Positions 1 to 13,294 of a stretch of 64,000 bases of DNA are shown here, piece after piece. The stretch spans positions 1,302,001 through 1,366,000 of the forward strand of contig CATNEN010000007.1 in assembly GCA_950097015.1 (NCBI GenBank). Direction: 5' to 3'. Each line of letters opens with the position of its first letter. Positions within the stretch are counted from its first letter, which is position 1. The position numbers and the translations under genes are program-made. The DNA comes from Macrostomum hystrix. Taxonomy: Eukaryota > Animalia > Platyhelminthes. The notes beneath the pieces are model-generated. The model was not told where the DNA came from. It saw only the letters and a program-made list of their open reading frames with translations, and ran no database searches.

Positions 1-637
1 ATGACGCGTCGCCGACGCTGTCGCGATCTTCAATTCGCGTCACTGTGCCGTTCTCGCTGCAGCCGAAGATCACGGCTGGCAGCTGGCGACCGTTGACAAG
101 AAGGCCGAGATTGCGCGACTCTTCGAGCGGGGCGAACACAGACTTGGCCGTGGTGGCCGGTGGCGCGCGGTCATCAATGATGAGGCAGACGGCTTTGCCC
201 ACATTTTTAGCCAGCTGCAGATGTTTAAGCAGCAGGTTGATGTTCTGCTTGGTCACGCCCAGCTTGACTAGGTTGATCTCGCGCCGGACTAGTTCGCGTT
301 GCATCGACTCCGCGGCCGTCTTGCAGTCGAGTATGGCGCCAAAGACTCCTAGCTGGCCTAGGATGGCGCCAAAGTCGGCATCCAAGACGCCCTCTCGGAG
401 CAGCGTGCTTCGCGGCATCACTACCGGATAGAAGCCGGACTCCTCGGCAATGGTGAGCACGCTCTCCAGGCTGTCAGCGTCACGAATGCGGCTCCACAGG
501 AGCTCTCGGTCGCCAGTGACTATGGCCCCGATCTGCTGCTGCTGCTCCGATAAAGGCGAATGGCTGTTACTGCTACTACTACTGTTATTGCTAGGGCTAC
601 GATAACCGCGAACCTGCGACAGACTGCTCGGCGACAT
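1..637 (-). CDS. Uncharacterised protein, first coding exon running off the left edge of the window
   Basis: ATG at 637 (minus), with a strong pyrimidine-rich acceptor TTTTCTTTCTAAG ~25 nt upstream. At least 212 open GC-rich codons: MSPSSLSQVRGYRSPSNNSSSSNSHSPLSEQQQQIGAIVTGDRELLWSRIRDADSLESVLTIAEESGFYPVVMPRSTLLREGVLDADFGAILGQLGVFG... It is absent from the ORF track because there is no stop inside the window. Family not recognised. Confidence 0.7.
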   Translation of the reverse strand, partial: MSPSSLSQVRGYRSPSNNSSSSSNSHSPLSEQQQQIGAIVTGDRELLWSRIRDADSLESVLTIAEESGFYPVVMPRSTLLREGVLDADFGAILGQLGVFGAILDCKTAAESMQRELVRREINLVKLGVTKQNINLLLKHLQLAKNVGKAVCLIIDDRAPPATTAKSVFAPLEESRNLGLLVNGRQLPAVIFGCSENGTVTRIEDRDSVGDAS

Positions 638-2295
638 TGCGTTGGGTGAAAATCTTGTGGCGCTTAGAAAGAAAATCTATAGAAATTTTGCCTGTAGGCT
701 TTGAGAAATCAGACTGCTAGGCTGACTCAACTTGGCTCTTGGGGCTAAAGGCCGCCCACGAATTCGGCTTTATCAGTCCAGGAAAAGGGAGAAGGTTGAA
801 TGGAGGACAAACTGCCCATTCACTGAATACGTGCCTCTCGATGGAAACCTCCGTGCGACCTTGAATGCGCGCAAATTCATTGGCCAGCAGTGGGGGTTCC
901 CGGGGTATCCCGCACGCCAGCTGGGACTGATAGCTTTTCTCAGGCAATTTCCACTAGCCTAAACGCCCTCCAGCGCACATAGACACTGCACAAGATTTGC
1001 GCAGCTGTCACCGCAGTGCGCGCCTTCAAAGCTAAGCGATCGTCTAATATTGTTTTTGTGTATACTGTGTAGATGCGTGATTAACTCAAGCGAAAAACAG
1101 TTATAAAAAGAAATTGTCATTACTTCATTTCTAAATTTCTTTACTAGGAATAAAAGCTTTATGTAGAACATTCGTTTGCATTTATACATTTGCGGATACA
1201 ATTTATACAAATGCGGTCGCCGGTCTGTCTTCATATCTTGGCCATGATGCAAAACCACACTACTTGTTTCAATTATTTTTATGTTTACCAGTTTGTTTCT
1301 AGTAAGAGATGCTTATTTTTTAATGTTCTCTACGCTCGTAGATGAGAAAGCTATTATAGTACATAAAAATTTGACAGGCGTAATATTTACAATTACGCCT
1401 ATCATAAATTATATTTACTTATTTACAAATTGGCGTAACTGAAAACACTTGTGGGAGAGAGAGGTTACTACTACTTGCTTTTATCAGAGCTGATTAATAA
1501 TAATATATCTGGTGATTTAGGTGTTTTCAAGAATTTACGAGTCCTTAAACTTAATGTCGCTGATTTGCCCCTTGCAGCTTGACCAAGAAATCGAAGTAGG
1601 TATTTTTGTTATGCGCCTACTCAACGAGTTACTTAAAACAGTTAAGTAGTTCTTATTTCAGCGTCCCAGTCAAAGCATAAGATTTAAGAAAAAAAAATCA
1701 CACGCTTTTTTACTTTCTGTCAAGCGGTCTCAAAATCAACCGACAAAAAATGCCCATCGTACTACTAAGACAGTAGTGAGCTTAGAACAGTTTACCAAAT
1801 ATGACACTAGTAACAAATAATTATCCCTTCATATGTAGACTTAACTACAAGTCGAGTGCTACGTTTGCACCACTACTGCTTGCTGACTGTCTGGCGTTGC
1901 GGCTTCTTCATCAGTGCTACTTGCTGACTGTGCTTTAACTGCGTAATTGTTTGTTTTTTATTCGTTTTTTCCGAGGTTTTGCCACCAGATAAGCCACAGT
2001 TAGAACTTTCGATTGTATATTATTAAATTATTAATAAGTCCTGTTGAACTAGAAGATATATATATTATATACTTTTTCAACTGTGCAGATATCTATGTTA
2101 ATGCCCATTATGCAAACTATCTATTCTGATTGTACCTAACGATCGATACTGAAAATTAGCACTCTTCTTCTGCGTTGTTTTCTGTTATTGCAGCCCTATA
2201 TACTCGTACATTCAATTTCACTGAACTCAATATTTTTATAATACAATAGCAGTAAAACTCTATCGATTCTTATTTTAATCACCTTGCTTTTTAGT

Positions 2296-2495
2296 GACCA
2301 CCACCCCGAGCATTGACGACGCTAAGTCAGTTAGGTGGCGCTCAGCTGTTCGCTGTCCTGGACTTAACCAACGCCTACCCATGCTGCAGATGCCAGTTAA
2401 TGAGGCATCTTAATTTGGTCTCTATCAGTCAAACTCTTTGGCCTATGGAATAAGGCAGGCGCGAGCAATCTTTCAAAGTTACATGGACAGGACAG
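2296..2495 (+). mobile_element. Degraded Ty3/gypsy reverse transcriptase remnant
   Basis: Broken frames give PSIDD, LGGAQLFAVLDLTNAY and FGLYQSNSLAYGIRQARAIFQSYMDR, matching the gypsy RT motifs LDLxxAY and FGLxxAPAIFQxxMD. Confidence 0.6.
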
Positions 2496-2709
2496 TCTTC
2501 TGTCATCGCTGACAAATGTACTAAGCTTAACTGAGCTAAAATGCTTTGACATTGCAGTTAAAAAATTGTCACGTTATAAATATATTAGGAATTTTTCTTG
2601 ATTCTCACTATAGTACAATTTTTCATTCTCTTAGTTTTTATGCTGAACATTCATCACTCGGTCATTTAGTAAGTGAACAAACTTTTTCAAAGCATTTTCC
2701 TCGATTATC

Positions 2710-4404
2710 ACGTCCTATTTTCCAGTACCAGTAACAGTACCAGTACCGGAAAAAATAAAGTTAAAACAAAGGGTCGTAATATAGAAAAATATTAATTGCC
2801 ATGGCTGTAGATGAAGCACGTGCAATTTCAGCTTCCTACAGCATCCAGCGCCGGAGCAGTGCAGGACCCTCCGTCGTCGAGACTAGCTCGGTGAAGTGCT
2901 TCGCCGAGACGCCAAATTGGCGCAATAAACTGAGTGCGTCTCCCCACCCCAGCCATAGAAGCCTCTGCTACTAAGTTCATGACGACCCTTATTGCGCCAG
3001 CATGACTGGTCGGAGGCAACTAATAACCATCAGAGCATCAATTGCCATGGGTGTAGATGAAGCACGTGCAATTTCAGGAAAACGATTGAAAGCAACTGTC
3101 AGAAATTATCGATGGAATCCGACACTTGCAAAGTATGCAAGGACAGCACCAGAATTGAGAAATTGTGGATCCAGCAGTGCGATCTCTGTGATGCCTGGAT
3201 TCACAGTCGATGCGCCGATTCCGAATTATTAATTCGTCTTCAATCTGGTGCCTTGTGTCTTGCTGCACTAATTGATCGAGTCTTCGGCGTTTTGGCTCAG
3301 GCCTCAGCACCGCGAGTCACATTCGCTTTCGTATCAATAGCTTTTCCTAATCAATTTTTTGTTGAAGTGCCACAGATTAAAACCGTTGCATATTGACTGG
3401 TACCATGCTAAACTACTTAGTAGTACGAGAGTATATTGATTCCAGCGCATTTCTTATGCACAAATGTGTTTTCTTATTTTGCATGCTTGCTCACAAAAAG
3501 AAGGTTGGCTCATCACTTATTGTACCTGTATTTTGCCGTTTATTCGCTGTTTCTCATTCCATTTTTATGTGTGCATCATATAGCTTCAGTGGTAACAGTT
3601 TGCTAATTTTGCTTACATAGCTAAAAAACAATTATTTTCGATTTGGTCTGTATAGGGCTCAACTCACCAACAGCTTTGACATTCTCCAGTCATAGCCAAC
3701 AGATCCCTGACCAAGCATGTGTTGAATGAAAATATATTATTAGGCATTAGAGAGGCAATTTCCAACAAATAAAACTACCATATATACTAGTCATAGAAGG
3801 TAGCTTTATATGATTAACGTAGTCGATTCTAAAAGAATATTTATATTCTACTTAGCAAATTCATTTTTGACGAAAAATGAAAAATATTTTTTGTATTATT
3901 TTCATTTTAGTTCAGAAATAAAAATTAGCAAACGATTGTTAAAAATTGTGTTTAAAACTCTAAGCAGCTATGCTTTGTAATCATAGCATACGAATAAAAA
4001 ACTAATTGTGAGTAACTTCGCCAAAGTCGGTCACAAGCCCGATTGAAAAAGATGGAGGGTGCACATATGCCTAATTTACTGCTCTAACCGAATCCATTAA
4101 TTAACTCTGCCAACAAAATACTTCAAAACCCTTCTGCACCATTCACAAACCTTCAAAACCTTGTCACATCTTTGTCCCAGCAGTTTCAACGAAGAACCTT
4201 TCACACTTTTTAAAGGGTCGTCATGGCTGGGGTGGGAAGACGCACTTTAAGGGTCCACTGCTCCGGCGCTGGATGCTATAGGAAGCTGAAATTGCACGTG
4301 CTTCATCTACAGCCATGAGAATAATATTCTTCTGTAACGACCCTTTGTTTTAACTTTATTTTTCCGGTACTGGTACTGTTAACTGGTACTGAAAAATAGG
4401 ATGT
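2710..4404. mobile_element. Probable non-autonomous foldback/TIR element: ~150-bp inverted repeats enclosing a PHD-finger remnant
   Basis: 2710-2861 is the reverse complement of 4256-4404 (about 90% identical by eye). A third partial direct copy lies at ~3040-3078. Internal ORF 3112-3396 reads CKVC...WIQQCDLCDAWIHSRC. No TSD recognised. Confidence 0.5.
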
Positions 4405-6197
4405 CGAGTCCGATCCAAAGTCGAGATTTTCGTTACGAAAAGGAAGTAAAATTGTTCTAAAATGACATACTGTCACAAAAATTGATAGAAAACACTTACC
4501 CAATTTTTTATATGGATATGTGGACCTACAGGAACAGGCGGACTGAATTATTCTCTCTCCTTCAATCTGAAATGAACTTGCCAAGGAGCAAATTCTCCAA
4601 AGACAAAGGGGCAAATTTTATAAACAACTAGGCCTAAAGGCTCATACTGCTTAAATTGCAGCTAAATTTTCTCAAGTTGCATTCTGAGTTCTCTGAAAAT
4701 ACTGAAATCCCATTGGTGTTCTGAATTCTCTAAGATCCAATACTATCTTATCTAATATTCTATTTCTGTAGGGGGCCTATTACTTGATAGGGTATCAATG
4801 ATACCCCATTATCAGAAATTATCTGAAATCTCATTTCAAAATCTATTTATTCTTAATCTTAGCTACTCTACCCAATATTCTAGGATATCCAGTTTTTTTA
4901 GGCCCCTAATCAACTTTTTATCAAGGGATTCAAATCCCTTTCAAAATTATAAAAAACCTGATTTACATTTAAAATAGTCTGAAATCCCATTCTAATTTCA
5001 GTGAAAACCTATTAGACAACAGCAAAGTACAATGGGTTTTTACAATTTCTATGAATTTTTATGCTTCTATTAAGCTTTGGCTCAACAGCTTTAAGATCAT
5101 AGCTAAAACTGCTAAAATATTATGGTAAGCTAAACTATTGAAATATTATTGTAAAACCAAAGCCTAGCTTAAAAAACATTAGCAAATCTGTTATAAGATT
5201 ATAATTACATGATTATAGTTATTAGCAAAAAATTCTGAGAATATAGCTTAGCTTAACAATTTATCCTAAAGCTGCAATACAGTTATTGCTTAAAAGTTTT
5301 TAGCAAAAAGTTAAGATAGGCCTATTGGTTAAACTTAACGTGAAACTGCTATCTGCCATGTGATTTGTGGCTATATTGCCATTTCAGTATCAGCATTCTA
5401 TAATTTTTGTGGGTTAGATTCTCTTAGGCTCATTTTTATTAGTTGATTGTTTTAGGGACCAAGCCTAGAAACTGCAATTTAGAACCTTTGCTAAATAATA
5501 ATCAAGTGTTCAGTTTTTAAGTTACTATCACTTATAAAACATTTATATTAGCACTGATTTAGATAAGAATTTTTTAATTTATTAAGATGTATGTATGTTA
5601 ACTTTTTATATTAAACATATAGCTAAATGACAATCAATAAGGTTCAATAATGTTTCTTGATTAGGGGCCTAGCCAAACTTCAAGTGTATATAGGCTTTTG
5701 TCTGTTTTTTTTACTTTTTTGCAGTTTCTCATAAGAATGTTTCATTGTCATTAAATCAGTTTCATAACAAAAAACTAAAACTTGTAACAACATGGAAACA
5801 AAAATATAGTTGAAGGGCTTATTGAGAATGCACAATAAGATCTAAAGTTTAGGCAGAATCTATTAGGTCACATGATTGAGTGATGCATAATTTATTATCA
5901 TTTCCTAATGGATGGAAAAGCTAGCCCCATCCCAATACAGCCAATAGCAAATCTAACATGTTTTATTGCTGCATATTTTATGCCACATTGACTATAAAGC
6001 TTGTAAATTGAAAAAAAGTTAGTAAGTCCAGACACACCTATGTGAATGAATACCTGTCTATGTAGTGCATGTGTGCATGCTTCAGTCTTCGTGCATATTG
6101 TTATCAAGGCGCGGACTGCAAAATCAGATTTGTTCTCTTATCTCTTCTATTTGCTTCTTTAAGCAGCTTCGCGCGAGTCTCTGAAAATCAGCGCTAG

Positions 6198-8478
6198 ATG
6201 AGCGCAGTGCAACCAATTCAGCAAGCGGCGGTGGTGGTTGATGGAATGCCGAATCGCCAGCCGCACTCACCACCGACGCCACCGACGCCTCCGCCGCCAA
6301 CAGCTGCAGCAGCTATGGCTGTGCTCCAGCCTCCAGCCGCGGTTGCGGCTCCGTTAAATCCCTTCAGTGGCAATGGCAACAGCAATGTCACGGCCGCTGC
6401 AGCAGCCGTGGGCGACAGGCCAGACAGTGCTGGAGAGGCATCCGATGTCTATGGCATGCTGGTTGTGCTGGGCTGCAACGGCCACCTCCCCGGCGATGAT
6501 GGCGCCGGCCGGCGAACCTCTCGACTGTTGCTTCGGAGACGAGCAAACTGCGGCAACGCGCTCCGGCCAACCAAGAAGCAGTGGCGCGCCAGCAGCATCA
6601 AGGAGCTGGAGGGCAGCCGGCCGCAGGCTTCCGTGTCCTACACTCTGGGGCGCAACCAGGGCTACGTTGTGGTCGAGTATGAGCCGGACTCTCAGTGCGA
6701 CATGTTTCAGGTGAGGAAATTGTGTGAAGCTACTGCTCTACAGCTTCATAATATGCTACTAAAACTTTAGATTGAGCAGCTACGAGCGTATCCTGCTAAA
6801 TCCTCATTTAAGCCCAGATCTCCTACTTAGGCAGCTATTCAGCCGGATCCCTAACTTCAGCATCTATTCTCCCAGATTCCTAACTTGAGCAGCCATTCTC
6901 CCAGATTCCTAACTTAAGCATATATTTTCTCAGATCACTAACTTGATCGAGCATCTATTTTCCCAGATCCCTAACTTGGCAATCATTCTCCCAGATCTCT
7001 TTTTTTGAGCAGCCATCCTCTCAGACCATCTCAGATCTCTAGTTCAAGCAGCCATTCTCTCCGATCCCTAACTTAAACAACCATCTTTCCAGATCCCCGT
7101 TTGAGTAGCCATCCTCCCAGATCAACCAATTTGAGCAGTTATGTTGCCACTTGCCAGATCCTCATACCATGTTGAGCCAGTTTGGCAAGTTTCGCTGTCT
7201 CCCATCCGCAGGTGGGCCGCTCCACCGAGTCTGTCATCGACCTGGTGGTGAGTGACGCCACTCCGCCAGGTGAAACTGCCGCTGCCGACTCCACAATCAG
7301 CAGGTACGCCTGCCGGATCATTGTGAACCGCACGCCGCCTTACACGCCCAGAATCTTCGCTGCCGGCTTCGACTCTGCCAAGCGCATCATGCTGGGTGAG
7401 GATGGTAGAATTTGATCTGTGCTGGGATGGGAGTTGAGGATCAGACCGAACGCCCAGCTGGGTTGTTGGGATATTTGTATATCCAACGGCCCTCAAAGTT
7501 AATTAATTTAAGTTAAAATATTTCTATTTAGCTTTTGCATGCAAAGCAGGTCTCGCTCCGATTTTTGCGGTTGTTGGTTCGATTCTTGCTACTATTTAGG
7601 CTCTAGCATTATCTCAGGGGCTACGATTCTAGTTTAAAGCTATAATTAATCAGTTTGTCTATTTGACTGACTCCCGCTATCCAGGCGAGCACGCCATTCG
7701 CTGGAACGTCACCACGGACGAAGTTGACGGCCTGACAACCAATGGCGTCCTTATTAACAAGCCGGTAGGTGGCTACTGCTTCGGCAGTCAGCCGGGGCCC
7801 TGGTACGAGGTCAGCATCGAGGGCCGCCTCTATCCAATGCGCGAGCACCGGGCCACGCCGTCGCACTCGGATGTGCTGCACGCTGTCGACAACTCCCTGA
7901 TTGACGGCACCGTGATTGATCTCTGCGGCGTCTGCCTGGTGTACCGATCCGCCGAGGGCCTGCGCCGCAGTCCAACCCACATGGAGCTCTGCTCCCGGGT
8001 CGAGTCGCTCAATCAGACGCACATCCTCTGCCCCGTGCGCTACCAGACCCTGGTCATTCGGAAGCCCCTCCAGGCCAACTCGTCTGCCATGTCCATCTCG
8101 GACGATCGCCAGCCCTACGTTTACACCGGCTGCGGCCACGTCCACGGTCATCACAGCTGGGACCGGCCGCCTGCTCCGCAGCAGCAGCAGCAGCAGCAGC
8201 ACCAGCCATCGGACCGTCGCACCTGTCCACTCTGTCTGCAACAATCCGCTTTCATTCCTTTGAAGCTCGGCGAAGAGGCGGCGCTCTACCTAGACCGCGA
8301 CGGTGTGCCTAATTATGCATTCAATCCGTGCGGTCACATGGCCTCAGAGCTGACTGTTAAATACTGGGCTGCCCTGCCGCTGCTCACTGCCAGCCAGCTG
8401 CGGCCGCTCTGCCCGTTCTGCTCAGTGCCTCTAGCCAGCCCGGCCACCATCAGGCTGCTCTTCCAGTCCGACATATGA
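6198..8478 (+). CDS. PELI: E3 ubiquitin ligase Pellino (FHA domain plus atypical RING), 3 exons, ~496 aa
   Basis: Exons 6198-6710, 7212-7395 and 7685-8478, all GT-AG and phase-consistent. Motifs: VLGCNG, YTLGRNQGYVVVEY, DMFQ|VGRSTESVIDLVV, STISRYACRI, RIFAAGFDS, DGLTTNGVLI, LIDGTVIDLCG. RING cysteines/histidines: YTGCGHVHG, CPLC, FNPCGHM, CPFC. Confidence 0.95.
6780..7125. repeat. Degenerate tandem repeat in Pellino intron 1
   Basis: Recurrent TTCTCCCAGATYCCTAACTTRAGCAGCC-like units. Confidence 0.7.
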
Positions 8479-8519
8479 TCCACCTACCCACCGGCTGCGG
8501 ACTGGGGCTCATGGACTGA

Positions 8520-9390
8520 GTGTTCTGTTTGTCAGGCCATAGACTGGGTATGTTCAGTTTGTGAGGCCATAGACTATTTATATTCAGTTTGTGAGGTCAT
8601 AGACTAAGTATATTCGGTTTGTGAGTTTATAGACTAAGTACATTCAGTTTGTGAGGCCATAGACTGGGTATGTTCAGTTTGTGAGGCCATAGACTATTTA
8701 TATTCAGTTTGTGAGGCCATAGACTAAGTATATTCAGTTTGTGAGGTCATAGACTAAGTATATTCAGTTTTTGAGGCCAGTAGACTAAGTATATTCAGTT
8801 TGTGAGGCCAGTAGACTGAGTATATTCAGTTTGTGAGGCCAGTAGACTTTGTATATTCAGTTTGTGAGGCCAGTAGACTAAGTATATTCAGTTTGTGAGG
8901 CCATAGACTAAGTATATTCAGTTTGTGAGGTCATAGACTAAGTATATTCAGTTTGTGAGGTCATAGACTAAGTATATTCAGTTTGTGAGGCCAGTAGACT
9001 GAGTATATTCAGTTTGTGAGGCCAGTAGACTTTGTATATTCAGTTTGTGAGGCCAGTAGACTAAGTATATTCAGTTTGTGAGGTCATAGACTAAGTATAT
9101 TCAGTTTTTGAGGCCAGTAGACTAAGTATATTCAGTTTGTGAGGCCATAGACTAAGTATATTCAGTTTGTGAGGTCATAGACTAAGTATATTCAGTTTGT
9201 GAGGTCATAGACTAAGTATATTCAGTTTGTGAGGCCAGTAGACTGAGTATATTCAGTTTGTGAGGCCAGTAGACTAAGTATATTCAGTTTGTGAGGTCAT
9301 AGACTAAGTATATTCAGTTTGTGAGGCCAGTAGACTGAGTATATTCCGTTCGTGAGGCCATAGACTGTATATTCAGTTTGTGAGGCCATG
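8520..9390. repeat. 30/31-bp minisatellite just 3' of Pellino
   Basis: Unit TTCAGTTTGTGAGGCCATAGACTAAGTATA with variants, roughly 28 copies. Confidence 0.95.
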
Positions 9391-9649
9391 GGCTCAGTAT
9401 ATCAGTATGAAGTCCCAGTCTATGAATTCATTCATATTACCAAGTCTTCTAAAATGTCATAGACTGGTTGTTCTTTAATACTCATGAATTAAGTTAGTGG
9501 TTACTCATTAAGTTAGTAATTAAGTTAGTCATTAAGTTTATTGTTGTCCTGTCTGTGTTTTTGAGCTAGAATTTAAACTGCAAAGTTATGAAAAGTTTAC
9601 AGCCAGATTTTCGTTATTGGTTGGTTGATTTTTATTTCGTCGCTTATTC

Positions 9650-10440
9650 TGAGTTCCAAACTTTGGAAATGGTTCCTGCCAAATGAGAATTAATGCTAAA
9701 TAATGATTTTCCTGTTCACTATTGGCAGTTTTCTGTTTATTCGTGCAGAATTCATAGAAGTACCTTTTTCTGCCCCTTGCAGTCCATTCGAATTTCCCCA
9801 TCGAATTTTGCCTCTCTGGCCTTATGCTCTAATCACCTTTATCCTACCTCTCTCTCCTCACACCCAAGTCGCATTGCAGTCTCCTACTCTTGTCTTCTTC
9901 ACCCCAGTGTGTTCCTGTCACCATTGCCGGTGTGTAAGCGATTATGAAAACTCGAATGATTCATTATTAATCATGATCGTTTCAATTTTTGTAGAGGTTC
10001 TTTTGTTCAGGTCCAAAGATTATCTGGTAATTCAAAAATAAGTTTTTGTCGTTTCTGCTCAGATATTCTTGCTTATGAATATGCTATTTAACTGTGTCTA
10101 AACATGTACTTAATTCACTCTTTTTCCTGTAACCAACGCAAAACAAATTGCTGCGAAAGTATTTTGGAGTTTCTTGCTGGTCACAAATATGCTCTGCCTA
10201 AAGATTACAGTGTGGTAATAAGTACAGTAAAAAGTGCTATTTCAACATAATTTCCGTGAATTTCTTAGCCCCGCATGTCTTCACAAGTCTGTGAGTGCGT
10301 CCTTTCATTTCCTGCAATCCTTTGCTTCGAATTTAAGCTTTGTCCCTCGTTTTTCTCTTTCCCCTTTTGCCTTTCCGCTTTAAGCCGGCAAAATGGCATT
10401 GGTGCTAATTTCAAAGCGTAGATCAGTGCTAATTGTTGTT
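9650..10440 (-). mobile_element. Highly degraded LINE (RTE-like) endonuclease remnant
   Basis: Minus-strand fragments VFIIAYTP, VGDCNA (cf. VGDFNA) and EFCTNKQKTANS (cf. FCxxNxLxIxNT). Many stops. Confidence 0.35.
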
Positions 10441-10499
10441 TCATGGCTCAACGTGCCCTTATAGCATCTAACTCTCTGCCCTGAAGACCCAATTAACTC

Positions 10500-11182
10500 A
10501 TCCATCTGCCTATCAGATTATACCTCTACCTAATCCAATCCACCTATCTGCCTAATCCCATCCACCTGTCTGCCTAATCCCATCCACCTATCTGCCTAAT
10601 CCCATCACCTATCTGCCTAATCCCATCAACTATCTGCCTAATCCCATCAACTATCTGCCTAATCCCATCCACCTGTCTGCCTAATCCCATCCACCTGTCT
10701 GCCTAATCCCATCCACCTGTCTGCCTAATCCCATCCACCTATCTGCCTAATCCCATCACTTATCTGCCTAATCCCATCCACCTATCTACCTAATCCCATC
10801 AACTATCTGCCTAATCCCATCAACTATCTGCCTAATCCCATCCACCTGTCTGCCTAATCCCATCCACCTATCTACCTAATCCCATCAACTATCTGCCTAA
10901 TCCCATTCACCTATCTACCTAATCCCATTCACCTATCTGCCTAATTCCATCACCTATCTGCCTAATCCCATCAACTATCTGCCTAATCCCATTCACCTAT
11001 CTACCTAATCCCATTCACCTATCTGCCTAATTCCATCAACTATCTGCCTAATCCCATTCACCTATCTACTTAATCCCATCCACCTATCAACCTAATCCCA
11101 TCAACTATCTGCCTAATCCCATTCACCTATCTAACTAATCCCATCCACCTATATACCTAATCCCATTCATCTATCTGCCTAA
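10500..11182. repeat. 21/22-bp minisatellite
   Basis: Unit CCTAATCCCATCCACCTRTCTG, roughly 30 copies. Confidence 0.95.
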
Positions 11183-11834
11183 ACAATGGGCGTACTTTCC
11201 AATGCCTTCATATTTAGCCTGAAATTCACTTGAGTCCATTCTCAAATTCCTGTAGATGCGTAACGTGTCTTCATTGTATGATTATCTACCTTTGATGCTA
11301 AGATACCACCTAATCTGTAGGAATTATTGTTTAAGATGATCAGTTAGTTTTTTTAGAATTTGATTTTGATAGGAAATCCACTATGCTTCTCCGTTAATCG
11401 TGTACTTAGCGATCTCTTCTACATGTACTAGATTCATGCTACAACCAGTTTTAATGAACTCAAACTTATTTTCATTTGCCTGTCGTAAGCTTAAAGCGTT
11501 GTTGAAATTCTTAGTCGGTCTCGTCATCTGCTAGAATGTCGCTTTTCTTTACCGTTAGTTGGTTTTGTTGCCCTACTGTTTGTCAAATTATAATATTATT
11601 AATATTTGCGTCGCTATTTTTTTACCTGAAAACGATCACCTAATAACTGATGTGAATTAGCTCTATAGTCCCTTCCCTGTCCGAGTTTTTTACATCAAGA
11701 GAATAATGTTTTTATGGATTTTTTTCTTATCGCCAGTGGCGCCACGAAAAGTATTCTTATTGCAGGCTAATTAAGCTTATCAGGTGTGAACATGTTAGCT
11801 TTTGTTAGTTAAGTGTAACCGGCTTTCGCGGTAT

Positions 11835-12690
11835 ATTAAAGTGACCATAGCATGGGATTTGTTGGTACTTCAAAGTGACCATAGCATGGGATTTATTGGT
11901 ACTTTAAAGTGACCATAGCATTGGGTGGTGCCTGGCGGTACTTCAAAGTGACCATAGCATTGGGTGGTGCCTGGCGGTACTTCAAAGTGACCATAGCATT
12001 GGGTGGTGCGGCTGGTGCCTGGCGGTACTTCAAAGTGACCATAGCATAGGGTGGCGCCTGGCGGTACTTCAAAGTGACCATAGCATAGGGTGGCGCCTGG
12101 CGGTACTTCAAAGTGACCATAGCATGGGGTGGTGCCTGGTGGTACTTTACAGTGACCATAGCATTGGGTGGTGCCTGGTGGTACTTTATAGTGACCATAG
12201 CATTGGGTGGTGCCTGGCGGTACTTTATAGTGACCATAGCATAGGGTGGTGCCTGGCGGTACTTTATAGTGACCATAGCATAGGGTGGCGCCTGGCGGTA
12301 CTTCAAAGTGACCATAGCATAGGGTGGTACCTGGTGGTACTTTATAGTGACCATAGCATAGGGTGGCGCCTGGTGGTACTTCAAAGTGACCATAGCATAG
12401 GGTGGCGCCTGGCGGTACTTCAAAGTGACCATAGCATAGGGTGGTGCCTGGTGGTACTTTATAGTGACCATAGCATGGGGTGGTGCCTGGTGGTACTTTA
12501 TAGTGACCATAGCATAGGGTGGTGCCTGGTGGTACTTTATAGTGACCATAGCATGGGGTGGTGCCTGGTGGTACTTTATAGTGACCATAGCATAGGGTGG
12601 TGCCTGGCGGTACTTTATAGTGACCATAGCATTGGGTGGTGCCTGGCGGTACTTTATAGTGACCATAGCATGGGGTTGGTGGTACTTTAA
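11835..12690. repeat. 39-bp minisatellite
   Basis: Unit ATAGTGACCATAGCATAGGGTGGTGCCTGGCGGTACTTT, about 21 copies. It explains ORFs 11893-12699 and 12124-12690. Confidence 0.95.
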
Positions 12691-13294
12691 AGCAACCATT
12701 GCATTTTAATGGGATTCGAACATCTAACGGTTGAAAAATCTGCTCAGATTTTTTAGAATGAAGCGACGACAGAACATCAAATAATCAATATGAGGCAATG
12801 CTGCCAATGCTGAAAGCTAGGTACAAGCATTAGCTGTATTCGATATTAGGGCGGATATAAATGAAGAAACTACAGTTTACTATTTTGGCCACGTAAAGTT
12901 TCTCTAGGTCAAACCAAGCAAAAAATGTAGTTGCGCACTGAAACAGTTAATTCACATATTCTCGTGTTTAATTGTTTAATTTTATGAACTTGAAATGTGC
13001 GCGTGTCAGCCTAGAAGTTTAGAATAAAATGGTACAAAACTCCGTTGTACAATGTACAGCAATAAGAAATTTACTGGAAAATGTTTTTTCTAACACAGAG
13101 GAACGTGACATACTACTACAATTAGCCGATTGACACCTTATTTTACATATTTACACTTGAAGTTATTCACAAACGGTGGTATTGTTACGTAGTACAGGCA
13201 AATTCGAAGACGACCCTGTTTAGGAGAAACGTTCGGAAAACTCGATCTCCTTTAAGAAGGCTTTGTGAAGACAGTCTCGCTTCGGCTTCAGCTT

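Noticed and set aside
45-431. 128-aa plus-strand ORF
   Set aside because: Antisense shadow of the longer minus-strand exon 637-1.
717-1258. Short ORFs upstream of the left-edge gene
   Set aside because: No recognisable motifs, splice support or codon bias; probably promoter or outron sequence.
11893-12699. 268-aa and 188-aa repeat ORFs
   Set aside because: Open only because the 39-bp unit lacks stops in those frames; no gene context.
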